Positions 1 through 11,116 are shown, numbered from the stretch's first letter. The stretch is DNA of 32,000 nucleotides from Pyrodictium abyssi (GCF_036323395.1 NZ_AP028907.1:1020001-1052000), one strand, 5' to 3'. A program made the numbers and translations. Notes: generated from the letters alone by a model not told the origin.

Positions 1-218
1 CTCCTTCACCCGCGCTTCTCCGGAACTCCTCGATAAGCCTCTTTAGCTCCCTGGTCGCATTCGTCATCTCTTGGCTGTTAGCGTCTAGAAGCATTATGTC
101 GAGCGTGGCTACAGCTTCTCCTGCAAGTACGTCCTCTAGGCTGCCCGGGGCCTCCCGCTGCTCTGCTAGGCTGTGAGGGCCGCTGACCAGCGGTAGTAGG
201 TCCTCTTCCGTCTCCCTT
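1..218 (-). other. Partial minus-strand open frame running off the left edge; possibly the end of a disrupted gene
   Basis: Hand translation of the minus strand gives ...EDLLPLVSGPHSLAEQREAPGSLEDVLAGEAVATLDIMLLDANSQEMTNATRELKRLIEEFRRSAGEG, open to the window edge. No family recognised and no good start codon near the upstream stop. Confidence 0.3.
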
Positions 219-471
219 CATGCTCCTCTGCAGCGGTTATGTCTGGTATGAAGCGCTCTAGAATCCACTTTAGGGTCTCTTGTTGTAAGCAGGGTTCCGG
301 CTCCGCCGAGGCCTATTAGCTGTATATGACGGAGCGGCACGGCGGAGGCCCGGATATAGGCCCGGATAGAAGCCTTGTCTCCATTGCGTAGCGTGGCCGG
401 CGCCTTTAAGGAGGGCTAGCGTGCCTGGCACGGGGCTGGGCGTAGGGGTGTTGGCTGCTGGGCGGCCGGCG

Positions 472-479
472 CTATAAGC
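472..479 (+). promoter_or_regulatory. Possible TATA box for the RIO1 gene
   Basis: gcgctataagcg lies about 30 nt upstream of the GTG at 509, compatible with a near-leaderless transcript. Confidence 0.35.
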
Positions 480-508
480 GGCTGAAGGATAAGGACCTCT
501 TCGAGACC

Positions 509-1279
509 GTGGAGGAGGTCTGGGACAGGCAGACGCTGCTAGCAGCATACGAGGTGATGAGGCGGCTCCGGCTGGGCAGGTTCGCGGGCGTGCTGAGCGC
601 GGGCAAGGAGGCCCGGGTCTACCGGGCGATAGGCCGGGACGGCCGCGAGTACGCGGTCAAGATATACCTCACAGTGACAGCCGAGTTCCGGAAAAGTATA
701 CAGAAGTACCTGCTCGGCGACCCCCGGTTCGAGAACGTCGACACGAGCAACACCAAGAAGCTATTCTTTGCCTGGGCCCGGAAAGAGTTCCGCAACCTCA
801 AGAGGATGTACGAGGCGGGCGTCCGGGTCCCCCGGCCCATCCTTGTCCACCAGAACATAGTGGTCATGGAGTTCCTCGGCCGCGACGGGCTCCGGGCTCC
901 GACGCTCCACGAGATAAGGCACGAGATAGACCCGGAGCTAGCCGAGCAGCTAGCCCGCGAGGCCATCGACCAGTACACCAGGATATACTGCTGCGCCCGG
1001 CTCGTCCACGCCGACTACAGCGAGTACAACCTAGTCTACCTCGACGGCCAGCTCTACGTCATAGACGTCGCGCAGGCGGTCTCGCTAGAGCACCCCAACG
1101 CCGGAGACTTCCTCCGCCACGACGTGGAGAACATATACAGGTTCTTCGCAAAGCAGCTAGGAGTGGAGCTGCCCGAGCCAGAGGAGCTGCTGGAGCGGGT
1201 GAGAGCATGCCAGACCAAGTGCCCCGAGAAGCGGAGGGAGGAGCAGGGGGGCAGAGAGCAGCAGTACCAGGCCTCCTAA
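509..1279 (+). CDS. rio1: RIO1-type serine/threonine protein kinase
   Basis: ORF with RIO motifs: GKEARVYRA, REYAVKIY, catalytic region LVHADYSEYNLVYLDGQLYVIDVAQAV, then DFLRHDVENIYRFF. Confidence 0.93.
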   Translation: MEEVWDRQTLLAAYEVMRRLRLGRFAGVLSAGKEARVYRAIGRDGREYAVKIYLTVTAEFRKSIQKYLLGDPRFENVDTSNTKKLFFAWARKEFRNLKRMYEAGVRVPRPILVHQNIVVMEFLGRDGLRAPTLHEIRHEIDPELAEQLAREAIDQYTRIYCCARLVHADYSEYNLVYLDGQLYVIDVAQAVSLEHPNAGDFLRHDVENIYRFFAKQLGVELPEPEELLERVRACQTKCPEKRREEQGGREQQYQAS

Positions 1280-1839
1280 GGCTCTACGCTAAGCTTCCCC
1301 CGGAGCGCGTAGGCGTACTCATAGGAGAAGGGGGCAAGGTCAAGACCGAGATAATGAAGCGGACCCGTACCAGGATAACAGTGGACAGCACCACGGGCAT
1401 GGTTATAATCGAGCCGGAGTCCCCGGACGTCCCGCCCTTCATGGTCATGAAGGCGCAGGAGATAGTCAGGGCGATAGCCTACGGCTTCAGCCCAGAGCGT
1501 GCCATGAGGCTACTCGACGACGACCAGATACTGGTGGTGGTAGACCTAAAGCAATACGTGGGCGACGCGCCTAACCACCTCCAGCGCGTAAAGGGCAGGA
1601 TTATAGGCGAGAAGGGGAAGGCCCGGAAGACCATAGAGGAGATGACTGGCACCTACATATCAGTGTACGACAACTACGTCGCCATAATAGGCGACTTCGA
1701 GACAGCAAACATAGCCAAGCAGGCGATAGAGATGCTGATACAGGGCCGCCAGCACAGCACAGTCTACAGGTTCCTAGAACGCACAATGTTCCGGGTACGC
1801 AGGAGCCGCATGACACAGCTCTGGGAGCAGCCCCTCTAG
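1207..1839 (+). CDS. KH-domain RNA-binding protein (archaeal Pno1/Dim2-Krr1-like), two KH domains
   Basis: ORF with RVGVLIGEGGKVKTEIMKRTRTRITVD and a second GRIIGEKGKARKTIEEMTGTYISVYDNYVAIIG; follows rio1, a common archaeal neighbourhood. The N-terminus is uncertain because the only in-frame ATG before the conserved region overlaps rio1. Confidence 0.9.
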   Translation: MPDQVPREAEGGAGGQRAAVPGLLRLYAKLPPERVGVLIGEGGKVKTEIMKRTRTRITVDSTTGMVIIEPESPDVPPFMVMKAQEIVRAIAYGFSPERAMRLLDDDQILVVVDLKQYVGDAPNHLQRVKGRIIGEKGKARKTIEEMTGTYISVYDNYVAIIGDFETANIAKQAIEMLIQGRQHSTVYRFLERTMFRVRRSRMTQLWEQPL

Positions 1840-1902
1840 CCCCACACCTTCTCCTCTTCCTCCCCGCCTCTCTAGGGGCCGTGAGGAGGGCCAGGAAAGC
1901 CG

Positions 1903-1929
1903 ACGCCCCACCCCCAGGGGATGGGGTGT
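1903..1929. repeat. Small GC-rich inverted repeat between convergent genes
   Basis: ACGCCCCA (1903-1910) pairs with TGGGGTGT (1922-1929), with one G-U pair and an 11-nt loop. Confidence 0.3.
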
Positions 1930-2074
1930 CTCCTGAAGGCCGAGCCCCAGCCACCCCTCCTAGAGTCCGCTGCCCCTCAGCGCATACAGCATCTAGGATG
2001 CTTCATCCCAGCCGGCTAGGAGAACCAGGGTATAGGCATAGGAGGGGCTGAAGAGCTGCTAGGAGGCGGTTGTG

Positions 2075-2083
2075 GTAAAAAGA
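2075..2083 (-). terminator. Putative oligo-T terminator downstream of the CydA'-like gene
   Basis: Minus strand reads tcTTTTTac about 42 nt after the stop at 2125; matches other post-stop T runs in the window. Confidence 0.5.
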
Positions 2084-2124
2084 GTGGGCCAGTGCGTGTG
2101 CCAGCCTGTGCGGGTTTCCTCGCC

Positions 2125-3465
2125 TTATGCTCTAGCTGCAGCCACCTGCTTCCTCGGCGGGAACAGCAGTATGTATAGGAGGTACACTACTCCTATCATT
2201 AACGCTGCTACGAATACTAGCGTCAATGCCACTACACCAGCATCTACTGCTATACGGTTCACCACCTCGTTTAGGTTGAAGTACTTAGCGATACCCATCT
2301 CTGAGAGTATCGCTGCTGCCTTGCCGCTGCCCTCCAGGAGTACAACGGAGTTAACGGCGCTGACCACAGCCGGCAGCGCCTCAGCAGGTATACTGATGCC
2401 GAAGCTCGGCAGCGCTTCCACCGGCACATTACCAGCCAGCACATCCGGCCACACTGCTATGAAGAATGGGTACTGGCTGAACGCGTTGACGTACTCGCCG
2501 ACAGCTATGGTGGCTAGCGCTGCTAGGCCGCCGTAGAGCAGCAGCTTGGCCTTGCCAGCGTCGAGACTGCCTTTTGCCAACGCTGGCAGAGCGTAGACCA
2601 TGGCTGCTAGCTGTACTAGAAAGAGCAGCATCTTTAGCAGGAAGAGCCAGGACACGCTGTAGTAGGCCTCGCCGCTGCCTACGCTCCAGCCAAGGCCGGC
2701 GAACACGTTGTTGAACTTGTAGGGCACGTTCTGCAGCGATATGGCGTACCAGAAGCCCAGGGCAGCGGTCACGAGCAGCAGTACGAGCGCGGGCTTGGCG
2801 AGCATACTGGCCACGCGTAGTGCTGTCCTCTTCTCCTCCTCGCTCTCTGCGCGGAAGAACGCCTTGTAGGCGTAGGCGCCGGCCACCGCCATGAACGTGG
2901 CGGTGAACGCTGCAGCTATGCTCTTCAGGTAGAGCGGCCAGAACGTCGGGTTCTTTGTCAGCGCTGCCACGACGTCTAGGTATAGCTTGCCCTCGGCGGA
3001 GTCAAAGCCTAGGCCAGCAGGTATGTTGAGGAACGCGAAAACGGCGCGGAACCCTAGGGGTATCAGCAGCGCTGAGACGCCTAGCAGTAGGCCTATCAGG
3101 TTGTGCACCGGGCGGCTCCAGCGGTCCCAGCCATACCAGTACGCTGTTATGGCGAAGAAGTGCAGCGCTATAGCGAGTATCGAGAGCCCGAAGGGTATCA
3201 GTGTTATGTTGCCGGCTACGCCGAGGAACTTGGGGTAGTAGCTCAGCAGGAACACCGTGAACGCTGTGCCGAAGACGCCCGCCACGCCGTAGGTGGCGGC
3301 GTAGAACCTCATAAGCGTCTTAGCGACGTCCTCGAACTCGCGCTCGCCCTGGTCAGCCCTCCTCTTGAAGTAGGGCACTAGCCACGCTAGGCCTATCCCC
3401 AGATTCACCATCACTATGTGTAGCCCGAACACGAATGCTAGGAATAGAGGTGCTAGGCCAGCCAT
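2125..3465 (-). CDS. Cytochrome bd family subunit I-like protein (CydA'-like, no GRxPW quinol motif)
   Basis: Polytopic membrane protein with FVFGLHIVMVNLGIGLAWLVPYFKRR at the N-terminus, resembling the CydA first helix; adjacent to a full CydA-like gene. Confidence 0.75.
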   Translation of the reverse strand: MAGLAPLFLAFVFGLHIVMVNLGIGLAWLVPYFKRRADQGEREFEDVAKTLMRFYAATYGVAGVFGTAFTVFLLSYYPKFLGVAGNITLIPFGLSILAIALHFFAITAYWYGWDRWSRPVHNLIGLLLGVSALLIPLGFRAVFAFLNIPAGLGFDSAEGKLYLDVVAALTKNPTFWPLYLKSIAAAFTATFMAVAGAYAYKAFFRAESEEEKRTALRVASMLAKPALVLLLVTAALGFWYAISLQNVPYKFNNVFAGLGWSVGSGEAYYSVSWLFLLKMLLFLVQLAAMVYALPALAKGSLDAGKAKLLLYGGLAALATIAVGEYVNAFSQYPFFIAVWPDVLAGNVPVEALPSFGISIPAEALPAVVSAVNSVVLLEGSGKAAAILSEMGIAKYFNLNEVVNRIAVDAGVVALTLVFVAALMIGVVYLLYILLFPPRKQVAAARA

Positions 3466-3549
3466 ACCTCGCCACCTCGTCCCTCACAGAGCCTCCGTCC
3501 CACTACCCACCATCCTACACGGCTACACCCAGGGGTGCACAGATGGGGA

Positions 3550-3563
3550 AGTATGTACATACT
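3550..3563. promoter_or_regulatory. 14-bp perfect palindrome upstream of the CydA'-like gene; candidate operator
   Basis: AGTATGTACATACT equals its own reverse complement; it sits in the 136-bp intergenic region. Confidence 0.3.
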
Positions 3564-3592
3564 CATGGGTCGGGACCTGGTTATGGATGTGT

Positions 3593-3601
3593 GTAAAAAG
3601 A
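3593..3601 (-). terminator. Putative oligo-T terminator directly after the CydA-like gene
   Basis: Minus strand reads TAG-tcTTTTTacacac immediately after the stop codon (3602-3604). Confidence 0.5.
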
Positions 3602-5383
3602 CTACATGTGCCTGGAGGGCTTTCCTGGTAGCCAGAGGAACCGGTACACAGCATAGACCAGCGCCGCCAGCAGTACTATGAAGTACAGCGATACCAGCGC
3701 TAGCTGCCCAGTAGTCGGCGGGTTAAAGGACCTGGCGATGTCAACCGTCATCACGCCGTATATTGTCCACGGCTTGCGGCCAACCTCTCTGACAACCCAG
3801 CCTAGAGTACTGACCACCTGCGCTGCCACGGCCGCTGCCAGTGCTAGCCTGAGTAGTGTCTTCGGGTAGCGCTCGCGTAGGCCCAGCGCGTTGAGCAAGC
3901 TGTTTGCGAAGCCCCAGCGGTCGCGGAGAGCCACGAGCGCCATTAGGGCGCCGTAGAGGCCTATCAGTATGGCTAGGCCTATCTTGGTGTAGTAGACGTA
4001 GTGGAGCATTATCGGCGGCCGGCAGTCGTCTACCGGCGGTGTACCGGTGAGACTGCACTTACAGTAGTCGCTGGGTATCTTGTCGTAGCTGGGTAGCTCG
4101 GCGTCGGCGGAGCCGTAGGCTATGAGGGCCATTATCTTCTCTAGGTGTAGTGCGCGGGAGAAGCTGAACACGTGCTCACTTGTACCCTCCATTGCTGCTA
4201 GCTTCTCGGGGTTCCAGTGAGCTATAGCGACGCCTAGCTCGTGTCCGCTTATGAAGCCCTGATACACTATAGCTATAGCGGCGAATACGGCGGCAAACTT
4301 GAAGGCCTTCTCCACATACCTACGGTAGCCAGGATCCGCGTTGCTGGGCATTCTCAGCAGCCTCATAGCGTAGCCAGCCATGGCTGTGAAGCCGGCCACT
4401 GTGAGCGCGGAACCTATCGTATGGGCTATGCTCGCTGGGAATACTGGGCTCTTAAACGTGACAGACATGAACCCAACATGGTCAACGGTAGTCATTAGTA
4501 TATAGTCGAGCACATTCTTCACGGGAACCGCTAGTAGCGCCTCTACCGGGCTCTTCGCGCCAGCCAGCATTGCGCCGGGCAGGCCTAGCTTCTCTGCAAG
4601 GGCGTGGACTTGCTCCATTGTGAGCTGCTTTGCCGCCTCAGCGTTTACGAAGCCACCCTTCACGAGTATACTGTCCTTGAGGGCTACGCCGGTCCACGCC
4701 TCACGGACAAGCTGCTGGACAACCTTGACGGGGATAGCCACTATCACCGAGTCCCCGGCGTCGCCTAGCACCTCTACACCAGCAGCCTGGAGCTTAGGCA
4801 CGTCTAGGAGCGCTACTATGTCCTTGGGCATGTAGACGGCTATCTTCGGGTAGCCCTGGTCGTAGAGATAGGTGCCGTCGGGCTTGTAGGCCGGCATTAT
4901 GCCGGTAGGCGCGACCATGTAGCTGTTAACGCTGATAATCATCGTGGCGCTGTACCAGGCGCCTAGGAAGCCGAGGAACGCTACAAACGCTAGAGCCTTC
5001 GGCGGCAAACGCTTCCAGCCGTACCAGAGCATGTAGATGAACACTACCTCCATCATGAAGGCGAAGATCTCCATGTACAGTGGGAAGTAGATGTACCGGC
5101 CGGCGGCCTCTGTGAGGTTCGGCCAGAGCAGTACTAGGCCGAACTCGCTAGCAGTACCCGTGGCAGCGCCCACAGCAAACACTATGATGAAGCCCTTAGC
5201 TAGGGTCCGTGCTAGCCTCATCCAGTCCTCGTCGTGGCTCCTGAGATACAGCAGCAGCGCTATGAACGCCATGAATGGTAGGCCTAGCACGTACTGTAGT
5301 ATCGCCCAATGCGTCTCTATCCCAATGAACGATAGGAGCCTATCGCCAGCAGCCGGGTAGGAAGCCCATGTAGCTACATCCAT
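3602..5383 (-). CDS. cydA: Cytochrome bd family quinol oxidase subunit I (CydA-like)
   Basis: GAATGTASEFGLVLLWPNLTEAAGRYIYFPLYMEIFAFMMEVVF (CydA GxATGxxxEF...E region), SIAHTIGSALTVAGF, and GWVVREVGRKPWTIYGVM (GRxPW signature). Confidence 0.85.
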   Translation of the reverse strand: MDVATWASYPAAGDRLLSFIGIETHWAILQYVLGLPFMAFIALLLYLRSHDEDWMRLARTLAKGFIIVFAVGAATGTASEFGLVLLWPNLTEAAGRYIYFPLYMEIFAFMMEVVFIYMLWYGWKRLPPKALAFVAFLGFLGAWYSATMIISVNSYMVAPTGIMPAYKPDGTYLYDQGYPKIAVYMPKDIVALLDVPKLQAAGVEVLGDAGDSVIVAIPVKVVQQLVREAWTGVALKDSILVKGGFVNAEAAKQLTMEQVHALAEKLGLPGAMLAGAKSPVEALLAVPVKNVLDYILMTTVDHVGFMSVTFKSPVFPASIAHTIGSALTVAGFTAMAGYAMRLLRMPSNADPGYRRYVEKAFKFAAVFAAIAIVYQGFISGHELGVAIAHWNPEKLAAMEGTSEHVFSFSRALHLEKIMALIAYGSADAELPSYDKIPSDYCKCSLTGTPPVDDCRPPIMLHYVYYTKIGLAILIGLYGALMALVALRDRWGFANSLLNALGLRERYPKTLLRLALAAAVAAQVVSTLGWVVREVGRKPWTIYGVMTVDIARSFNPPTTGQLALVSLYFIVLLAALVYAVYRFLWLPGKPSRHM

Positions 5384-5635
5384 GGTCCCTAGCCTCGACT
5401 ATAATGGTTCAGGAGGCACAGTGAGTGGCCATTACATTTGCTCCACGTTCACATACGCTTCATGAACGCGTGTTTTAAATCTAACTGTAATAGCATCAGA
5501 AACAGTCACAAATCGTAACTAATTCTGCAGAATTACCACCGTAAAAGCCGCGTAGATACAGCAGAGCGGGCGCGAGAAAGACAGGGCCCTGGAGACACGC
5601 TACACGGCGGCAGGAAGGAGCAGAAGCATGAGAGG

Positions 5636-5644
5636 GTAAAAAGA
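5636..5644 (-). terminator. Putative oligo-T terminator downstream of the Cdc48 gene
   Basis: Minus strand reads tcTTTTTacc about 30 nt after the stop at 5673. Confidence 0.5.
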
Positions 5645-5672
5645 CAGCCACGGGTTGCCGGGAGCGCTAGCG

Positions 5673-7912
<2,240 letters not shown>

Positions 7913-7993
7913 TCATGGTTTATGGAGGGCTAGCGCATCCTGCAGACGAGTATTAAGGGTCCCCGGGGCGGTCCCCTAAGGGGGCAGCCAGGC

Positions 7994-8278
7994 GTGGAGG
8001 ACCACGTCTACGAGACATGCCTAGGGCTGCGCGAGGCTCTACGCGTCACTGCTAGGCTACTCTGCCAGCTAGCCCGGCAGCTCGGGTTCTGCGAGCTAGC
8101 GGACGGCGGCGAGCCCCCGATAGAGGACGCAGCGCTCCTCCTCGAGGAGACGGGGGTCGAGCCCCCGGCGCCGCTGCCGAGCCTAGTCGCGAGCTGCAGC
8201 GGCGCCGTGAACGTCTTGCTCCTCCTGGGCAGCGCGGCTAGCCGCATAGGGGTAGCGCCCCTGGGCCGCCCCGCCTAG
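7994..8278 (+). CDS. Small hypothetical protein preceding the fucose isomerase-like gene
   Basis: 94-aa ORF (MEDHVYETCLGLREALRVTARLL...) in the same orientation and close to the next gene; no family recognised. Confidence 0.4.
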   Translation: MEDHVYETCLGLREALRVTARLLCQLARQLGFCELADGGEPPIEDAALLLEETGVEPPAPLPSLVASCSGAVNVLLLLGSAASRIGVAPLGRPA

Positions 8279-8339
8279 CAGTCCGGCTGCTCCTGGCGAG
8301 CCTCCTATCTAGCCTCGCTACTCCAGCCTATAGGAGAGC

Positions 8340-9611
8340 ATGGGGCGGCGCCTCTTGGCGGGTGCACCGTGCCTGCTCTACGCGGCTTCTCCGCTCCACA
8401 GCCGCTCCTTCCTAGAGAGGCTCCGCAGCAGCATAGCAGCGATGAGCGGGGGCGCGGGGCTGAGAGAGGCCGGCGTGGCGACTAGCCCGGAGGAGGCGGC
8501 GCACAGGCTGCAGGGCTGCCCCTCGGCAGCCATAGTCGTCTCGACCGGGGGCACCGAGCACATAGTGCTGGCAGCGCTCGAGGCCCTCAGGGGCCCCGCG
8601 CTGCTAGTAGCCCACCCCTACGCTAACAGCCTCCCAGCGCTCATGGAGGTGTACCCGCTAGCCCGCCGCATGGGCGCCTCAGCAGTCTTCCTCCCAAGCC
8701 TAGACCCGGGCGACAGGCGCGCCCGCCGCCGGCTAGAGCAGGGCTTGGCGGGGCTCCGCGCCGCTACCAGGCTCCGGGGCGCCCGGCTCGGGCTGATAGG
8801 CCGGCCTAGCCCCTGGCTGGTCTACAGCAGGGTCGAGCCCGGGAGGCTCCGCGAGAAGCTAGGCGTAGAGCTCGTCGAGGTGCCCCTAGAAGAGCTCTAC
8901 AGCGAGTACGAGCTCGTCGAGGCCCCCCAGGGGCTCCTCGAGGAGGTGCTCCGGGGCGCGAGCCGGGTAGAGGTGCAGCGGACAGAGGTCTCCCGGGCCC
9001 TAAGGCTCTACGCTGCGCTCCGCACGCTGGTCGAGAGGCACCGGCTAGACGCGTTCACGATAGAGTGCTTCAGCATCATCGGCCGGCTACGGGTCACAGC
9101 GTGTCTAGCCCTCTCACTGTTCAACGACAGTGGGCTGGTAGCCGGCTGCGAGGGCGACGTACCAGCGACAGTGGCGATGATGCTGGCCTCCTGGGCCTCT
9201 GGCCGCCCCGGCTTCATGGCCAACCCCTCCATAGTAGACGGAGACCGGGTGATGATAGCCCACTGCACGGCGGCCCGGGGCCTAGGCACCGGCTACAAGC
9301 TGCGCACCCACTTCGAGAGCGGCATGAGCGTCGGCCTAGCGGTCACCATCCCCAAGGGCCAGGTTGTGACGCTGGTACGGCTCGACCCCGAGCTCACCCG
9401 GCTACGCGTAGCCCGCGGCACAGTGGAGGAGGGCGAGCCCCGCAGCGAGCTACACTGCCGGACACAGGTATGGGTCAGGCTAGAAGGCGGCGACGCGGAG
9501 AAACTGCTCCGCGACAGCATGGGCAACCACTACATACTAGTCCCGGGCGACTGGGTGGACGCGCTCACAGCAGCGGCCGAGATGCTAGGGCTCAGCGTCG
9601 ACCGGGTATAG
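8340..9611 (+). CDS. L-fucose isomerase-like protein (FucI/AraA fold family, COG2407-like)
   Basis: AFTIECFSII, GLVAGCEGDVPATVAMMLASWASGRPGFMANPS and VMIAHCTAA keep the Glu/Glu-Asp/His pattern expected for metal ligands in this family. Confidence 0.75.
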   Translation: MGRRLLAGAPCLLYAASPLHSRSFLERLRSSIAAMSGGAGLREAGVATSPEEAAHRLQGCPSAAIVVSTGGTEHIVLAALEALRGPALLVAHPYANSLPALMEVYPLARRMGASAVFLPSLDPGDRRARRRLEQGLAGLRAATRLRGARLGLIGRPSPWLVYSRVEPGRLREKLGVELVEVPLEELYSEYELVEAPQGLLEEVLRGASRVEVQRTEVSRALRLYAALRTLVERHRLDAFTIECFSIIGRLRVTACLALSLFNDSGLVAGCEGDVPATVAMMLASWASGRPGFMANPSIVDGDRVMIAHCTAARGLGTGYKLRTHFESGMSVGLAVTIPKGQVVTLVRLDPELTRLRVARGTVEEGEPRSELHCRTQVWVRLEGGDAEKLLRDSMGNHYILVPGDWVDALTAAAEMLGLSVDRV

Positions 9612-9710
9612 GCCCCGGCGGCCACCCACATCCGGCCCACGTCCTCCCGCGAGGGGCCTCTATGCGCCCCCTTGTGTTTAACCCCCGGCCATGGCCTATA
9701 CAGTATGGTG

Positions 9711-9725
9711 TAGGAGCCTCTTGGC
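9711..9725 (+). repeat. 15-bp exact direct repeat, copy 1
   Basis: TAGGAGCCTCTTGGC, also at 11056-11070; the copies bracket the COG2403 gene. Confidence 0.5.
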
Positions 9726-11058
9726 CTCAAAGCGTAGAGTAGTGATAATGGGCGCGGGCGGCCGCGACTTCCACGTATTCAACACCGTGTTCCGCGACAA
9801 CCCGGGCTACGAGGTAGTCGCGTTCACGGCTGCCCAGATACCCGGGATAGAGTGGCGCCGCTACCCCCCTAGCCTAGCCGGCCACCGCTACCCCGACGGC
9901 ATACCGATCTACCCTGAGCGGCTCTTCCCAGAGATAGTACGCGACCAGGCCGTAGACGAGATAGTGCTCGCGTACAGCGACCTAACCTACGAGGAGCTAG
10001 GCCACCTCCTAAGCATAGCCCTCTCCACCGGCGCAAGCTTCCGCATAATAGGGCCCCGCGAGACCATGATCCCGAGCTACAAGCCGGTGGTGGCCGTCAC
10101 GGCGGTGAAGACCGGTGCTGGTAAGAGCTCGCTCTCCCGGGCCCTAGTCCGGGAGATCAAGTCGCGCCAGCTAGCCCCCGTGGTAGTGCGGCACCCGATG
10201 GCCTACGGGGACCTCGAGGCCAGGAAGCTCATACTCATAATGACGCCGGAGGACCTGACCAAGTACCCCCTGACGATCGAGGAGAGGGAGGAGTTCGAAC
10301 CATACCTCGACCTGGAGACACCCCTCCTAGCCGGCATAGACTACGGGCTCATAGTCCGCGAGGCGGAGCGGCTCGGCGACGTGATAATCTGGGACGGCGG
10401 GAACAACGACTGGCCCTTCATAAAGCCAGACCTATGGATAGTAGTGGCCGACGCCCTCCGCCCCGGCATGGAGGCCTCCACGTTCCCAGGCGAGGTAAAC
10501 GTGAGGATGGCCGAGATAGCGGTGATAACGAAGGCGAGGGAGGCAGGCGAGGAGAACGTGAAACGGGTTCGCGAGAACCTCCTCCGGCTCAACCCCAGGC
10601 TAGAGATAGCCATAGCAGACCTAGAAGTCTCGGTGGACCGGCCCGAGCTGGTAGAGGGCAAGAAGGTGGTCGTGGTAGAGGACTCCCCCACTGTGACCCA
10701 CGGCGGCACACCCTACGCCGCAGGCTACGTGGCGGCCCGCCAGCTGGGCGCCGAGATAGTAGACCCGCGGCCATACGCGGTGGGGGTCATCCGGGAGATG
10801 TACCAGCGGTACCCCCACATGGGCCCCGTAGTGCCCTCGACAGGCTACACCAGGGAGCAGCTCCGGAGCCTAGAGGAGACCCTCAACCGGGTACCAGCAG
10901 ACACCGTGGTCATAGCGAGCCCGGCCAGGATAGAGGAGATGATACGTATAGACAAGCCGGTGGCGCGGGTCAGCTACGAGATAAGAGTGGTGGAGGGCCC
11001 GACGCCGAGAGACATGGTGGACCGGCTCCTGGAGCGCCACCCGGTCCCCGAAGCCTAG
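9721..11058 (+). CDS. COG2403-type predicted GTPase / cyclic 2,3-diphosphoglycerate synthetase-like protein
   Basis: KRRVVIMGAGGRDFHVFNTVFRDNPGYEVVAFTAAQIPGIEWRRYPPSLAG at the N-terminus, P-loop-like AVKTGAGKSSLSR, and IIWDGGNNDWPF. A TTG at 9721 is the likely start; the ORF track begins at 9691. Confidence 0.82.
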   Translation: MASKRRVVIMGAGGRDFHVFNTVFRDNPGYEVVAFTAAQIPGIEWRRYPPSLAGHRYPDGIPIYPERLFPEIVRDQAVDEIVLAYSDLTYEELGHLLSIALSTGASFRIIGPRETMIPSYKPVVAVTAVKTGAGKSSLSRALVREIKSRQLAPVVVRHPMAYGDLEARKLILIMTPEDLTKYPLTIEEREEFEPYLDLETPLLAGIDYGLIVREAERLGDVIIWDGGNNDWPFIKPDLWIVVADALRPGMEASTFPGEVNVRMAEIAVITKAREAGEENVKRVRENLLRLNPRLEIAIADLEVSVDRPELVEGKKVVVVEDSPTVTHGGTPYAAGYVAARQLGAEIVDPRPYAVGVIREMYQRYPHMGPVVPSTGYTREQLRSLEETLNRVPADTVVIASPARIEEMIRIDKPVARVSYEIRVVEGPTPRDMVDRLLERHPVPEA

Positions 11059-11070
11059 GAGCCTCTTGGC
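11056..11070 (+). repeat. 15-bp exact direct repeat, copy 2
   Basis: TAGGAGCCTCTTGGC, identical to 9711-9725. Confidence 0.5.
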
Positions 11071-11116
11071 AGGCCTTGCGCAGCGCCCTGCTAGCCTCGG
11101 CCTCTTCTAAGTACTC

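Noticed and set aside
1903-1929. GC-rich hairpin considered as a structured ncRNA
   Set aside because: Only an 8-bp stem in GC-rich DNA, with no C/D or H/ACA box pattern; kept only as a low-confidence inverted repeat.
9065-9742. 225-aa plus-strand ORF
   Set aside because: Lies out of frame within the fucose isomerase-like gene and has a low-complexity Arg/His/Pro composition typical of shadow frames in GC-rich DNA.
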